Shown here: positions 63,601 to 64,000 of the stretch, piece after piece
Layout of the letters: the number at the start of each line of letters is the position of its first letter
Position numbering within the stretch: position 1 is the stretch's first letter
From: Antedon mediterranea
Taxonomy: Eukaryota; Animalia; Echinodermata
Length of the DNA: 64,000 nucleotides
Direction: 5' to 3'
Assembly (NCBI RefSeq): GCF_964355755.1
Contig: NC_092671.1
Location: 15,376,001 to 15,440,000 of the forward strand
The notes under the pieces: generated by a model
Seen by the model: only the letters and a program-made list of their open reading frames with translations
Database searches by the model: none
Told to the model about the DNA's origin: nothing
Made by a program: the position numbers and the translations under genes

Positions 63601-63946
63601 ATGGTGGCCGTGTAACAGATGCCTGGGATCAAAGATGTTTGAGAACAATACTTAAAAGATTCTTCTCGCCACAAATTCTAAATGAAAATTACAAGTTTTC
63701 AGATTCAGGTGGGTTTTCTTTTATAAATAAAACTACATTCCACCATTAATAAAATTAATTATGGAACATTCATGTTTTGTAATTGTTATGTACAAATTGA
63801 AAACATTATAACATTTTTGTTCAGGTATCTACTTTTGCCCGGACAAAGATACTTTACAAGAATACCGGCAGTACATAGAAGATCTACCAATAATTGATGA
63901 ACCTGAGATATTTGCTATGCATGAAAATGCAAACATTGCATTTCAG
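36661..63946 (+). CDS. DNAH6: Axonemal inner-arm dynein heavy chain 6, about 60 GT-AG exons; gene continues beyond the right edge
   Basis: AAA1 [29 protein letters not shown]...[23 protein letters not shown]...[13 protein letters not shown] (DNAH6-type). P-loops GPTGGGKT (AAA2), GTTGVGK (AAA3) and GVGGTGKQS (AAA4); stalk/MTBD at 57187-58719; AAA5 RWPLMIDPQ; AAA6 ISLGQGQGP and YGGRVTD. The exon phases I checked are consistent. The ATG at 36661 is inferred. Confidence 0.93.
37776..38825. mobile_element. piggyBac-type non-autonomous element in a DNAH6 intron
   Basis: TTAA-CACTTTGACTGCC...GGCAGTCAAATTGTG-TTAA, with duplicated subterminal ttgactgccaaacacgaagatcttcgttttt. Confidence 0.8.
41803..41982. 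mobile_element. Degraded Tc1/mariner-type MITE (related remnants near 43350-43500, 46670-46841 and 19030-19065)
   Basis: TA-CAG...aagggacacc-type left end and ...ttctactgTA-type right end; the copies are diverged. Confidence 0.5.
42265..42556 (+). mobile_element. Deu/Nin-domain SINE
   Basis: B-box GGTTCGAGGCC, then ggataaggactataaaccgtaggtcc...taaagaaccc...ttcgaaaaagagtagggggttaccccggtg (Deu/Nin core, as in AmnSINE1-type elements), and a (TAAAA)n tail. Confidence 0.75.
43802..44781. mobile_element. MITE of the 2489-2657 family, interrupted by a Harbinger-type element
   Basis: Joining 43802-43878 to 44676-44781 rebuilds the sequence at 2489-2657. Confidence 0.8.
43879..44672. mobile_element. 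PIF/Harbinger-type non-autonomous element with TAA TSD
   Basis: TAA-AGCCCCTTTCTCACAGA...TCTGTGAGAAAGGGGCT-TAA, with subterminal ttctcacaga and ccgg repeats. Confidence 0.88.
44835..45179 (+). mobile_element. HINE-like element, internally deleted copy of 20917-21550
   Basis: ttttactcggggtacccgag ... gtaccccgagtattgcacattcgtgcttgtt. Confidence 0.7.
45215..45380 (+). mobile_element. Penelope-like terminal-repeat fragment with a degenerate hammerhead-like motif
   Basis: gca-TTGATGA-agggctagtgttgcct-GAAA-actc-tgc followed by a T-rich body. A second copy is at 19478-19606. Confidence 0.4.
49665..50339. repeat. 68-bp minisatellite, about 10 copies, in the DNAH6 intron that splits AAA1
   Basis: aa(a/t)ctacatttgaaaaccac(c/g)ccagta(c/t)gggtgtcttggctagttctctcatgtcctaaaaaggtttt recurs every 68 bp from 49681 to 50293. 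Confidence 0.95.
54770..55000 (-). mobile_element. RTE-clade LINE 3' end remnant
   Basis: The minus strand ends ...[18 protein letters not shown] followed by stop and a gaagaa tail. Confidence 0.6.
55475..55625 (-). mobile_element. RTE-clade LINE 3' end remnant
   Basis: [35 protein letters not shown]...EDR followed by stop and a taag-like tail. Confidence 0.65.
59280..59401. mobile_element. MITE family A, partial
   Basis: aagtgtgatgtgcccaaatatagtagtgat...tagtgtagacag. Confidence 0.75.
60115..60243. mobile_element. MITE family A
   Basis: agctctgtctacactatcaaac...gtttgatagtgcagaca. Confidence 0.78.
62515..62601. mobile_element. MITE family A, partial
   Basis: agctctgtctacactatcaaactttatgtga...tttgtcaaactag. 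Confidence 0.7.
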
Positions 63947-64000
63947 GTTAGTGTTCCAATCCTGAAGTACTTCTTGAATACTCTCCTAAATAGATAATGG

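Overview
AT-rich, intron-containing animal genomic DNA. An invertebrate deuterostome such as an echinoderm is inferred from the gene sequences, a Deu/Nin-domain SINE and a Gmr1-type LTR element, but this is not proven. Three spliced genes were reconstructed by hand: CDK5RAP3/C53 (minus strand, 9 coding exons visible, runs off the left edge), an ASIC-like DEG/ENaC channel (minus strand, 9 coding exons, one 1-nt phase conflict) and axonemal dynein heavy chain DNAH6 (plus strand, about 60 exons, runs off the right edge). Introns and intergenic DNA are packed with mobile elements: a very young non-autonomous Gmr1-like (SCAN-Gag) LTR retrotransposon, an Academ-like element with long TIRs, piggyBac-, Harbinger- and Helentron-type non-autonomous elements, a Tx1/L1 LINE with TSD, CR1/L2/Rex/RTE fragments, SINEs and minisatellites. 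Best leads: an hsp70-like HSE+TATA promoter in the LTRs of the RT-less element inside a proteostasis gene; a LINE split and flipped by a local inversion; several nested insertions with reconstructable empty sites; a MITE family that sits next to exon boundaries; a GC-AG intron; and a tandem array of Pol III A-boxes. All coordinates were read by eye and may be off by a few bases, and no database searches were run.
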